This document shows, one piece after another, positions 48,545-59,759 of a stretch of DNA of 64,000 nucleotides (within the stretch, counting starts at the first letter, position 1; each line of letters begins with the position of its first letter). The notes below the pieces were generated by a model. That model did no database searches. It saw only the letters and a list, made by a program, of their open reading frames with translations, and was not told the DNA's origin. The translations under genes and the position numbers were made by a program. The stretch is from Takakia lepidozioides (lineage: Eukaryota > Plantae > Bryophyta), in assembly GCA_030704615.1 (NCBI GenBank), contig CM060733.1:37696001-37760000 (forward strand), written 5' to 3'.

Positions 48545-50954
48545 GTTTATTCGCCCTCCCACGGATTTGGGCGTTTCCGACACTCGTAAAACCTCGCCAC
48601 CATTCCCACATGGCAGCGTGACTACTCTCTTGCGGCCATCTATGACCGCTCCGGATTTGCTCGAAAAGGTCATCCCCAAAATGAGATCCACTCCATCGAT
48701 CTCGCAGATAGTGAAGTTCTCACGTCCCTCCCAACTCCCCAGTTGAAGAGGAACATCAAACGCCAACCTTGTCGCCAACTGAGGTTCTCCTTTGGCAGAG
48801 CGCACCTCAATAGAGGCCCCCACGTCACTTGTCGGGAGTCCCAACTTTCGCGCCGCCGTCGGCATCATGAAGGAGTGCGACGCTCCTGTGTCCACCAACA
48901 ACGATACGTTAGTTCCGGATATTATCCATCCACGAACAACTACTGACTCCCTTTACGCAGGGCGCCAGTTTCCTGATACAACTCACAAGAATAGTTGCAT
49001 ACCTTGCAAGTCCTGGCGACCACCGCTTCCACCAAGCGACTGATTGTATCTTCCGACAGCTCCGTGGTTGCCCGAGTCATGTTCAATTGTCGAGGTTTTG
49101 TGCACTTCTTGGCCATGTGCCCGGGCTCTCCGCAATTGAAACACACTCCATCAAAGGTTGCCTTCTGTCCGCCATAAGCCCTCCCCCGCTTTTTTCCTTT
49201 CGAAGCACCGAGTGCCGCCTTGACGTGTTAAGGCCATCCCTTCGATTTCCACGTGCCATTATCATCGCCGCGTGGCCTATCCTACTCTTCTTTTCCGGTC
49301 GGAAGGAGTCACCTTCCCGCCGGGTCTTCTTGTGTTTCAGCTCCGTACGGCCTTGTCCTCACCCCTAGGGACATCCGAGAAACATTCGGCCATCTCAATT
49401 GCCTCGTTCAAAGTCTTGGGTGGCTTCTCCTCCAACTTCCGCCTGGCCCATGGGCCAGTCCCGCCACAAAGTTGAAGACCATTTCTGGTTCTGCCATGTC
49501 CGCGACTTCGAGCAACAGCACATTGAAAGCCTGGACATACCCCCGAATGTCATCTGTTTGCTTCAAATTCCTCATCTTGTCCCGGGCAAGCCAGGACGCG
49601 TTGAGGGGCACAAACTATCTCTTCATCAATTCCTTGAACCCCCTCCAGTTCAAGGTTTCCCGACTTGGACCTCGGTCGTGAAGGCGTTTCTGCCACCATT
49701 GTTGAGCATAGCCCTCAAATAGGTGGGAGCCACTTCCACCCGATCCTCGTCACTCAACGTGGCCGCCCGGAAGTACTCTGCTCTAGCTCTAAGAGCCAGG
49801 TGTTGAGTGCCTTCCGATTTCGGACGCCCTCGAAGGTGCCGGTTCCTTAGGCTTCACCTTAAACTTTGCCTTAGCGGAAGTGGCATTAGCCGCCTTCAAC
49901 AACGTCTTTCAACGTCCCGCCAAACTGCGCCAACGCCCTTCCCAAAAGGCTGCCGGCATGGGAGGCATCTCTTGGTTTGTCGGAGCTCTCAAGGATTCCT
50001 CGGGCTCCGACTCCTCGGATTCATCCCGCTCTTGGGCGGCCTCGTTTTCAGAAACATGAATCGCTTCCTCAAACAAACGGCCGCCTCGGTGACACGCCGC
50101 CCCCATCGGGCTCACCGGGATCATCATCTTTTGGGCCGTTCCGCTTTCGCTTCGGCTTGCCCGAACCCCATGATGAGGCCAATCCCAAGGACGATCGCGT
50201 ACTGAACTCTAAGCTCTGATACCAAGTGTCGCGCACCTCAATTCGGTAAGCTCCCCTTCAAGTCATAGTTACTCGCTTTGATGCGCGCGCCTGACTCCCA
50301 ACCTGGCCGCCGGGCCAACTTGGAGCTTCGGCTGCTCACCGGGACATAACGGTCCCCCTTCGCTTCCCTCTAAACCCCTCCACCTATTTGGGACTAGGAG
50401 AATTCCCTTTGGTAGATGGCAGTCCGGAACACTCCCCCCACTCTTTGGTCGCTTTCCGGCTCGCTCGCTTACTCACTAGTTTTTTGGTCACCAACGGGCT
50501 TGCACCGTTCTCGGGGTTACTACTCCCTATATATACTTCTGTAGCTTGTCCGCGGGGTTTCATAACCAGCCATGCCATTTTATGGCGAACCACCACGAAA
50601 ACCCTCGACTCCCGGTGATGAGTCGCGGTGAGTCTTGGCCAACTCACCACGGCCCCTATGGACCGTGCTGAGTCCCAAGACTCCCCACGACTCCCACCAC
50701 GAGGTCTCCGCCCCCATGGTGAGTCCTATGCCACCCCCACTAAGTCCCGCTAAGCTACCACCACCCCTTGTGGAGCCACCCCCACCGCAACCCGGTGTGC
50801 GGGGCTCCACCTAGTGAGCGCCTCCGCCTCCTTCAGTGCCTTGGGCACTCAAGGGTGCTTCAGCCCCCCATACCTATCGCTGCCACTGCCCCCACCACAG
50901 GGGCAGCCCCTCATGTATCCCGACCCTCTGCCCTCAAGGCAAAGGGCCGCGACA
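48545..50954 (-). mobile_element. Truncated Ty3/gypsy LTR retrotransposon: 5' LTR (50227-50954), PBS, gag, zinc knuckle, protease
   Basis: LTR ends TGTCGCG...CGCGACA. PBS TGGTATCAGAGC (tRNA-iMet) at 50224-50213. Gag 'ARDKMRNLKQTDDIRGYVQAF..FVAGL'; CCHC 'CFNCGEPGHMAKKC'; protease 'LVDTGASHSFM..DLILGM'. No RT, integrase or 3' LTR. Confidence 0.92.
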
Positions 50955-53900
50955 TGGGCCCTATAACAAAAAAGTGTCCAGGGGGACACCAGGTGACCGC
51001 TAAGAATAGAGGGGCGAGGGTACCCCTAGGTACCCAGGGGTATTCTGGGGGACCTAAGGTACATTTGAAGTGCCGGATTCCAGTTGGCGTTTGTTGGTGA
51101 TAATAGCTGTGAGTGAACGGAGTGCCGTGATATGGATTTCTTTGAAACATTTGTGGATGGGAAGAATGGGAATTTGGAAGTTATCGTGTATGTCCGTGAT
51201 ACTGGCGTTATGAATGCCACCTCGAGTGCCGGCTGTGATGACAGTTAACGGGCCGGTTTTCCAGCCACGCCTTTGGAGTGCAAGGATAAGCGGGGCATAT
51301 TTTTGACGTTTTTCTAAGATTGAATCGTTTGGATAACGATCATGGCAAAATGTGAATTCAATGAAATGGATGGTGAGTTGTGGGGATGGTGAGGTGGGGG
51401 GTAAAGTGTTGATAGGTAGACCTTGGACAAGGAGTATGTCCGGGCAAAGTCGAGCGGGGCATGAGCATGGTGATCGGGTACATATGCATGGTAGTAGCCA
51501 CGGTGGTACTGTGTGGTCGGGTGGCCGTCCCTGGTAGATACTTGCATTCATGAGCAAGAACCAACGGGTTTCAACACGTTTTAGAAAGAGCTTGTGGAGG
51601 TGCCAGACTGCCTGGTTATGACGCGTGATATGCAAGCCATGTATAACTGGGTGTGTACATTGGCTGAGGAGATGTGGCCAAGTGTCACGAGCTTGGTGGG
51701 TGGTTGCACATAACGGGCAGTATGGGGATGGGAACAGATGTGGCCAGAAGATGTGTTTGCGCTGGTGGCCCATATATTGGGCATATCGGAATTTGAGTGT
51801 TTGTCGGATTTGTGCGTCGTCGGTGGTGGCTTTGGTTAGCCAGAAATGATTGGAGAGTTTAGGTGCAGTACATTGGATTGAGTCCATTTTTGGATGTGTA
51901 CTTTGGTATGGCTGATGGAGGCTGCCGCTTGTTTATTTGCCTCTCTGGTCAGAGTGGTCAGGAGGTTTCGGACTGGTCTGGGTGCGGGGGGGGTCCAGAA
52001 TGGGGTATATGAACCAGAAGGGATGGGTGTGGGCGATGTGAATAGGGTCGTTCGAGGTTTCAACTATGGGTTGGGAGGCGCCGAGTTGGGCGAGTAGGTC
52101 TGCATCTTCATTACCATGGATGCCAGTATGCGAACGGACTTTGAGTATATGGACTGGGTGGCCTAGGGAGATGGCCCTCTGGACAATAGCGGCAATGAGG
52201 TTGCGGTCGGGTGATGATGATGGGCAGAGGGGTGGGAGATGTGGTTACGAATGAGGAATAGTGAGGTAAGGTTGTCGGTGAAGATGTAGTGTGGGGAGGG
52301 GAAGGTGTCAAGTAGAAGAGGGCGTCATAAATGGCCATGAGTTCAGTCCGGAGGATGGTGGCAGGGCCAGGGAGCCTGAGGGCAATGCCTTGATTGGTGC
52401 CGGCGTGATAGATTCCATACCCTGCATTAGGTTTGGTGAGGGATCCGTCAGTGTAATGTGAATTGGCCAGTGGGTATTTGGGGATGGTGTTTTGTTGATA
52501 TATTAGAGGTGTAGAGGTGTTGTTGGCGCGACCTGGGAAGGGCGTGGTGTCGCAATGTTCCAAGCTTAGTTGGTTTTGATCCATGACAATGTGGTGGGTG
52601 TATGGGTGTGGGAGAGGATGGTTGGATAATGGATGGTGGCCTTTATTTTATGAGTGATGGTGAGCAACTGTTCGAGCTGAGAAAAGAAAGATGGCGGTAT
52701 GGCTGTATGCCGGGGGTTTTGGATGTGTAGAATCAGGGTTAGGGTGGTTCCTTCCATTTGAGATGTTTGGGAAGAGGAGGGGTATGAATATACTTAAGCT
52801 GGTTTGGGTCAATTGTGGCGAGTAGATTGACCCCTTCTGGGAGTTGTAGAAGAGGGTGAGAGATATTAGGAGTGTTTTGTTGTGTAAGGATGAGGATTGT
52901 GGATGCAGTAGGAGAGGAGTGCGCAGCAAGTTTTGCCCATTGAAGAGCTTCGTGAGAAGGAGAACCAGGTGGAGGGTGGGCAAGGCCCCGGCCTTCCCAG
53001 GTGTGCTGGGTGGCAAGTACCAGTGGCTCCAAAGACACAGTCTCTGTGGTGCGGGCTAGAGAATGTGGGCAATGCCATAGGGCATGTCAGTGGGTTGGAG
53101 TAATATGAGTGAGTAAGCTGGAATGTGTTGATAAGTAAGGAGAGAATATCTTGGGGTATAGTATGGTGCGCACATGTTGTTTCCAATTTAGTGGGGGACC
53201 GCGGTTTCTTGGGGGGAGTGTCTTTGAGATAGCGATCAACCAGCCAATATAATTCGGTAGCAACGTCTTGTTTTGGGGGTTGTAGCGATTGTGGGGATGA
53301 GATAGTAGTAGAGTATTTCTCCCAGAGCCACGTTAGTCTTGTATTGGGGACGAGGCCAATGAAGCGGTCATGTTGAGCGTAAATGTTGGAAAGGCGGGGG
53401 CCCGTGTGGATTAGAGGTTGATCATGCTTGACATCTTTGTCAGGATTACATTCAGTTATGCAGATGTGCATGTTGGGGGCATAAAGTGATTGGTGTATAT
53501 ATCTGCTATCTGTAGGTTGGGCGGGAGTGGTGTGTTGTTGGTGCATGTGTGTTAGATAATTGGTGTTGGTTTGTTTATGGAAGGTGGTGAGGAGGGCAAG
53601 ATTGTGTTTGGGGTCGCAAACGTCATGTAGGCCGAAGAGGTCGTCTTCCATCTGCCATGTGTTGTCTGCGGAAGTGTACCTAGCCCATTGACAGTGATAG
53701 TATGTATCAATGCAGGTGGCTCCAAAGGCATCAATGGACGTTTGGGTTTTAACTCCTAGTATAGCTTCAATGATGTAAGCATTGTTATTGTCGTCGTATT
53801 GTGGTGAGGATGGGGGGGATGGTGCGGTGGTTAGGGGGGTGTGGGATCCTTGCCTAGTAGGCGAGGGATTGGATGGCGTATGCAAGTGGCGGATAGGTTC

Positions 53901-54458
53901 AGGGTGTTGTGTGTTAGTTACTTGAGAGGGAAAATCAGATTCTATGTCTGTTTGGGTATTGGTGGCATATGCCGTTTTGAGTGTTTGGTAGATGGAGGTA
54001 GTAGGGGTAGAACGGTACTGGGGGAGCAGGTCTTGAGCCGTATGCGGATAGTAGAGGCATGGGAGGTCACACTGTAGAGTGTAGGCGGTCGAGGGATGGC
54101 AGAATAGGGTACGAAGATGATGTAGGTAGCGATTGGTTTTGTTCGTGGCTTGGGAGAATTTAAGAGTGAATTCGCTAGGTTTTAAAAGTCTATGGCCAGT
54201 GGCGGTAGTAAGTTGGGTGATGGTGGTGATGTGTCGTTCTTTGAAATATGTGAGGATGGGGACATTTTGTTTGGGATAAGAAATGTCAAATTGTGGTAGA
54301 GAAGGGCTTGTAAGCCATGCGCGTTCTAAGGGTGATGAGGTGTTAGGATATTCAGGCAGATCAGTTTGTATGCTAATTTTCATTTGGCGCAAGATGAGTA
54401 ATGTGCGTGCAGTGGGGGAATGTAGGTAGGCTTGTGGGTGCAGGGTGGCTCTTTGCAT
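50955..54458 (-). mobile_element. Dualen/RandI-like non-LTR retrotransposon, 3' part (chromodomain, PCIF1-like MTase, RNase H, CCHC, restriction-like endonuclease), frameshifted and 5'-truncated
   Basis: RNase H: 'YTDGS..AGYGIY', 'TILRTELMAI', 'IFTDNLTSL', 'KVRSHTGIHGNEDADLLA'. RLE module: 'CPLCATTHQARDTWPHLLSQC', 'RHNQAV', 'PDILLV', 'IEFTFCHD', 'KRQKY'. Coding strand strongly C/A-rich. Confidence 0.8.
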
Positions 54459-54479
54459 GGTAAGGATGATTATTTTGAC

Positions 54480-56182
54480 TTGACAATTGTGTTACTTCAT
54501 GCATGTGACCTATACCATCCAGCCCCCTCCCTTGGCGGTGCATTACGCCGTTTTCGTCCCTCTCCTGGACTGCAGTCTGTGAGCAAATCAGTCTTCCCCC
54601 TCCTATTTGGTTTTCCCGGACCCTTGCGTGCGCGCACCTTCAAGCCTCTCTGACATAGCGGTCTTTCGCATTTGCTGGCAAAAGTTCATCCCAGCTCGTC
54701 TTCTTCTGCCAGCCGAATTGTGTTTCGGCGCAAATAAGATCTCTCTTGTCTCCCACGCCACGCTGTTGCTCTCTCGCTCCCCCCCCCCCCCGCATTGTCT
54801 GCTCTGGCAGCCCCTCTTGCTGGCTCTCTCGTCACTTGCCGTTTAGGTGTAGCGTCAGACCTTGCTGACCCTCTTCTTCTCTTGCGTAGCTGGGAGACTT
54901 TAATTTTTTCCGGCTCTATTCAAATCTCAATCTCCTAGAGGATTAATTGGATTGCAGCTCTTGTCGGGCGCCCTCCACAGCCACTCAAGCCATCTCAAAT
55001 TCTAGCTCCTCTCAGGACATTGGCCGCCCTTGAAAGAGCACATAAGGAGACTTTGAACAAGCCCTTGGCGCTTCCCTGCTTGCTCGCTACTTCTTCTTTT
55101 TCTCCCTGCTTAGACGGTGAGTCTCTGGACAAGCGAGCTCCCATAGCCCCTCATGGGCTCTCGTGGTGCCTCCCACAGGAAGCGCTCAGGTTCTGGCTCC
55201 AGTGCAAGAGGAAGAGGCAATTGGATTCCCCGTTCCACGGCCTCTGTTCCAAGCTCCATCTTGGGCAAAGGACCCGAAATTGCGGCTCCGTTTGCAGGTG
55301 CTGACCTCTTCCCGTGGGCTGAATCGGTAGTCCCATAATCAGATTTGCAGGAGATTATCTCGCTTGACCTTGAATGTCTGGGAGCACACTCAGATAAAAT
55401 GATGCAGCATGGGATTCTAATCCATTTCCCGGGGCGGCGCAGAGACAAAGATTGGACAAGGAAATGGGTTTCTGAGTACATTGGTTCCGAAGGAGGGCTA
55501 TCACACCACTCCTGCCACCCTATGGGTAGAGGATTTTACTCGGTGAAATTTGGATCCAAAGCAGATGCTGACAGAGCCCTGGCGTTTAACACTCGCAAAT
55601 CTCGTTTCAAAGTTCACCTCTTCCCGTGGTCTCCAGCTTGGGGTCACAAAGAAGGGCAACATTCAAACCGAGAATCATCGCCCTCCCTTTCCTGGCATCA
55701 TTGCCTGAAATAGGAGCCCATTTCGGTTCCTACATTGGGAGCATCAATGTGTTTGATCCCATAGATGATGCAGTTTTGAGCGTTGATCAGGACCCAACTC
55801 TTTTTTACTCAAGCAATGATAGCGGTGTGCCCAAGATAGTGGTTATGGTGTCCGACACGGCCAAAATTGGTAATGCGATCAGGCTGCCTACGTTGGATGG
55901 TTCATACATCTCTGTGCAAATTAAAGAAGAGGTCTTAAGTATCGTGTGCTTCAGATGCAACGGGGCAGGACACATCAAGGTGGATTGTCCTCACAGAGAG
56001 AAAGGCGAGGGGAAGACAAATGTGCCCCTGGCTCCCAAATCGACAATGGCACCAGCTGCTCCTGCTCCCGCACCCAGGCCCCCCTCACCATCGCGTTCCA
56101 TAGATGTCAGCACCGCTTTGGCCTCGCTCCCCACGCACGCTGACGAACGAGCGGCCAAAAGAAAGAGAAAGGGCTCGCCCTC
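54480..56182 (+). mobile_element. L1 LINE 5' part: pyrimidine-rich 5' UTR and degenerate ORF1 (DUF4283-like + zinc knuckle)
   Basis: 'PMGRGFYSVKFGSKADADRAL...LFPWSP', 'LPEIGAHFGSYI', 'CFRCNGAGHIKVDC'; several frameshifts. Confidence 0.75.
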
Positions 56183-59100
56183 TGTAGATGCATATATTGA
56201 TACATATTTCTTTTCGGATCGTTTTTGATCTTAAGGCAGACAATTTAGGCATTGTACTGCCAAAGTAGGGCAGTTTGTGAGTTATCGGGGAATCGCTAGT
56301 AAAGCACGTAGGAATTTAGATTATGTCTGAGACGACCATGGAGGAGCTTTGGCGTCAAAATGACCGTAGGGAGCTGCATCGACAGCGATTTAGGCTGCCA
56401 ATTTGGTACCAGTAACGACAACATGCACCTGTTCGAAATAATACATAGTCCCGGATCTCTCTATTCTCCGGCCTTTCAAGTCCAGTAGGAGCACGCGGCG
56501 AGGAGTCTTGGCAATTGGAGGAAACAATCTGTACAGTGATGAAATATCGCGACAAAGCAAGTGCTGCATCGGAGCAAACGACGGTGAAGGAACTTCCCGG
56601 CAAAGTTTTGAACTCCTCAATGATGCAAAGTGTGTAGGAGGAAACTCCAGATGATTTGTGACCCAGTGGCAGGGCCAAAGACCCCCTGGGGACACCACCA
56701 GTATTTTTACTGCCACGAAGCGGCAGACTGCCTATATGGCGAAACCATGGAAACCAACCAAAGGTGTGGCTTTTCTTCCCCGATTCCCTTGAGATTTTGT
56801 GGGCAGCTACAAGCCATCTAATTATAATTTTTCACCAAATTTGAGGATTTTTGGAGGTGATGAGAGACGGCATCAAATTATCACGCCGGAGGCAGTTGCG
56901 AAAGACGATTAAATGGAATTCTAGTTCATCCAATGGATGAAATCTGGAAATTCGACCTGCAAGCTGGAGGGATGAAAAGACAACCTAGCGCCAACTGGTC
57001 ATCCATTGGATGGATGAAAAACTAGATTTATCATTAACACCAAGGTTTTCCATCCGTGGTTATTATTCTATGGTGTTCTATCGTTTTTAAATTATAGATT
57101 CATGTAGGAAATAATAGTTTAAGACTATCCTTCACTAGTTTAAGAGGCCCCAAAAACACAATAAAAGAAGAGCAGGCTCATCTTGTTCTTCAATCTAGTC
57201 TCATTTCCTTGTTTTGGCCTCTTGTTTGTGTAGTTAGTTTTGAGCTTGAGGGAGCTAGTTCCTAGAGAGTTGAGCTTGTGGCTCTCTAGTATTAGAAGCA
57301 AGCATATTGACAGCAAGATAGTCCTAGCTCAAGGCCTTGTGGCCATTTGAGGCAAGAAGTAGAGGAAACGCTCCATGAAGTGGGAGACTTGAGGACGAGT
57401 AGGAGTGCCGGAGGAGGACCAAGCTTTAGTACCATTCTACCGAGTGATTTAGTGCATCCCAAGCACCACTTGTTTCAGAGGGTGACTTACTATACATTCT
57501 TGACTTTTGAATTCATTTCATTTGCTGTTCAAGCTTTGTCCAAGGAAATGACCTTATAAGCATTGTTTGCTAAAAATCTATAAAACTAACCCTCTTTCAA
57601 GAGGATGTGTGTGCATCTCTATGTACATGTGTGAAGAGCACAGGTGTGAAGCCCCAAGAGACACGGCCTTAGGAATCTAACCCAATCACGTCATGGAAGT
57701 AAGGGTAGATTTCCATTATTATGTTTAAAGAGAGGGTGAGCTTGCATGAAGTGGCGAAGCTCTTGTCAAATTTCTCTTTCTAGCTTAGTGGCGACGGCCA
57801 TATTGCATGAGACGGCGAAGCTATTGCCAAAATTTTCATATTATTAAGATCATATCTATGATTCATAAGCCCCCTGGCCATAGAGGACCATAGGAGGCGT
57901 TGCCAACTAACTTATAAGTGGTTAAGCTATTTTGTAGAGGGCTGCCAAAAAGGGCAGATCCCAGCACTTAAATGCTGGCGCCTTAGGCGCCTTTGGGTTG
58001 GAGGTCAACCAAGGAGGTTGCCTAGAATTGCCATGGAGTGGCGCCTCTAACGCGGGTGGCATGACCTGCCTCCGTGGGAAGAGTTGACCCCTGGAGCAAA
58101 GTACGCTCAGTGGGGCACTGCGTGGCAGCACCAGGCGCCATAGCTGGGCCTGCGCAGGTACGACACGAGCGGCAAAGACGACGAAGCCTACCTATTACCC
58201 GCTGGATCCGCGCCGGCGGCGGGCCAGCCACACCGCGCCACGTAACGCTGGCCGCGGGGTATCAGTCTTAACCGCTGAATAATTCGACGGATCCCGCCAG
58301 GGACTGATGGTCCTTGGATCGGGTATTTTAAGGGGGGGGTTCTCTCCCTATACCTTTGATTTCTTGTGCACTATTCATAGTATTCTTCTTGCATGAGAAT
58401 AGGGCGTGTTTTAACAAATGATAAGAAATGGCTGGAACCATTGGATAGGCCCCAGCGAGGCCATCGGTTTGATATGTATTCCGGGGTTTGTGAAAGCACG
58501 GCTCACGGGTAGATGCCACAGGCAGAGAGAGAGAGCCCAGAGACAGGGATGAGAGAATCCCTGCTGGGGTTTCACAAGGTAGAAGATGACATGTTTCAAC
58601 TTTGTTTTGGGCTGGTTGCCTGCATAAATTAATCAGATTATATTGGAAGTAAGTGGAAGAGGCGCAGGGAATGGACCCTGGGACCCACTGAATGTTTAAC
58701 CATTGTTTACACACCAGGGTGGCGAGCAGATGAGAAACTGCTGGGTGGCAGATTTCATTCATCCTGGCCCAGTGATGGTTTAAGTTGCTAATGAGTTCTT
58801 GAGTGGTTTGGTATAGGAATTTAGGGGCGTTCCCAAGTGGAGAGCGGTTCCTCAACGCTCCCGGCATAAAAGGGCGTTCCCAGGGCATTCCCCTGGTACC
58901 TTGAGGGTAATTTAGTTAGCTCCAGCATCATGCGATGATTCTCTATTTCTACGAATTTCATGCATTTGTAGGAATATTTTCATGATTTGTCTTTATTATT
59001 TAGCAAGGTAATTCGTCTTTTTTAAGGGATTTTATCCTGACCCCATTAACTTCGAAACGCAAGTTTTAAGGGCGGTATCGCCCCCTTCCGCTGAGGATAT

Positions 59101-59560
59101 TTGAAGTCAAGTACCCGGCCGCTGGGGGGCCTTGGGCCAAGGAACGGCCATTGTTATTAGACCTCGGGAATAACCTAGAGGTTGGCATTGTTATTATTCA
59201 TCCGATGGACTGACCATTGAGGTGGCATTTTGGGATCGCTCTAAGGAGGAGAGACTGACTTGGGAAAGCGGATCAGGTCCCTTCCTAGGAGGTAGGACAC
59301 TCATCCACCTCGGGATTTAGGGGGGGGCATTGGGCGGGAGATAGATGATCCCCGTCTCCCTGGGCTCGGGATTCGTTTTGTGAAGGGATTTGAAGGTTCG
59401 TCCCGACTATAAGCGTGTTGGGAGTCCAGGCATGTAGGAAGTAGTAATAAACAAAGACTTGGAAGGCAATTACGATTAAAGACGTAGAAAATCCATAAAC
59501 AAAACGTAGGACTAGGAAACACAAATTGCCATGTGAAGTAGAGTTGTTAAGCTTTGCTTT
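56183..59560. mobile_element. LTR-like non-coding insertion(s) interrupting the L1 (solo-LTR or LTR-retrotransposon debris; boundaries approximate)
   Basis: Begins TGTAGATG at 56183, where L1 ORF1 similarity stops. LTR-like AT-rich tracts. A PPT-like ttaggggggggca at ~59317-59329 is followed by TG and preceded by a possible chromodomain remnant 'WDRSKEERLTWE'. Confidence 0.4.
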
Positions 59561-59759
59561 GCCGGTACGAAGTTAGACTATCTAGATCCATCCATAGCTG
59601 CCACGGACCCCTGCACTTACTGCAGCCGGGTAGGCGGTTCGCTGAGCCCAACCTACACCGCAACTTGCCACGACCTCCTAGGCTAATATGCCGTCACCCT
59701 GGCCGCGCGCGACCAGGGCTCGTCACCCTCTGTGTCATCTCCCCCGCCTCATCCACGGC

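Noticed and set aside
58328-58888. 186-aa minus-strand ORF within the LTR-like block
   Set aside because: No recognisable domain and composition is not convincingly coding.
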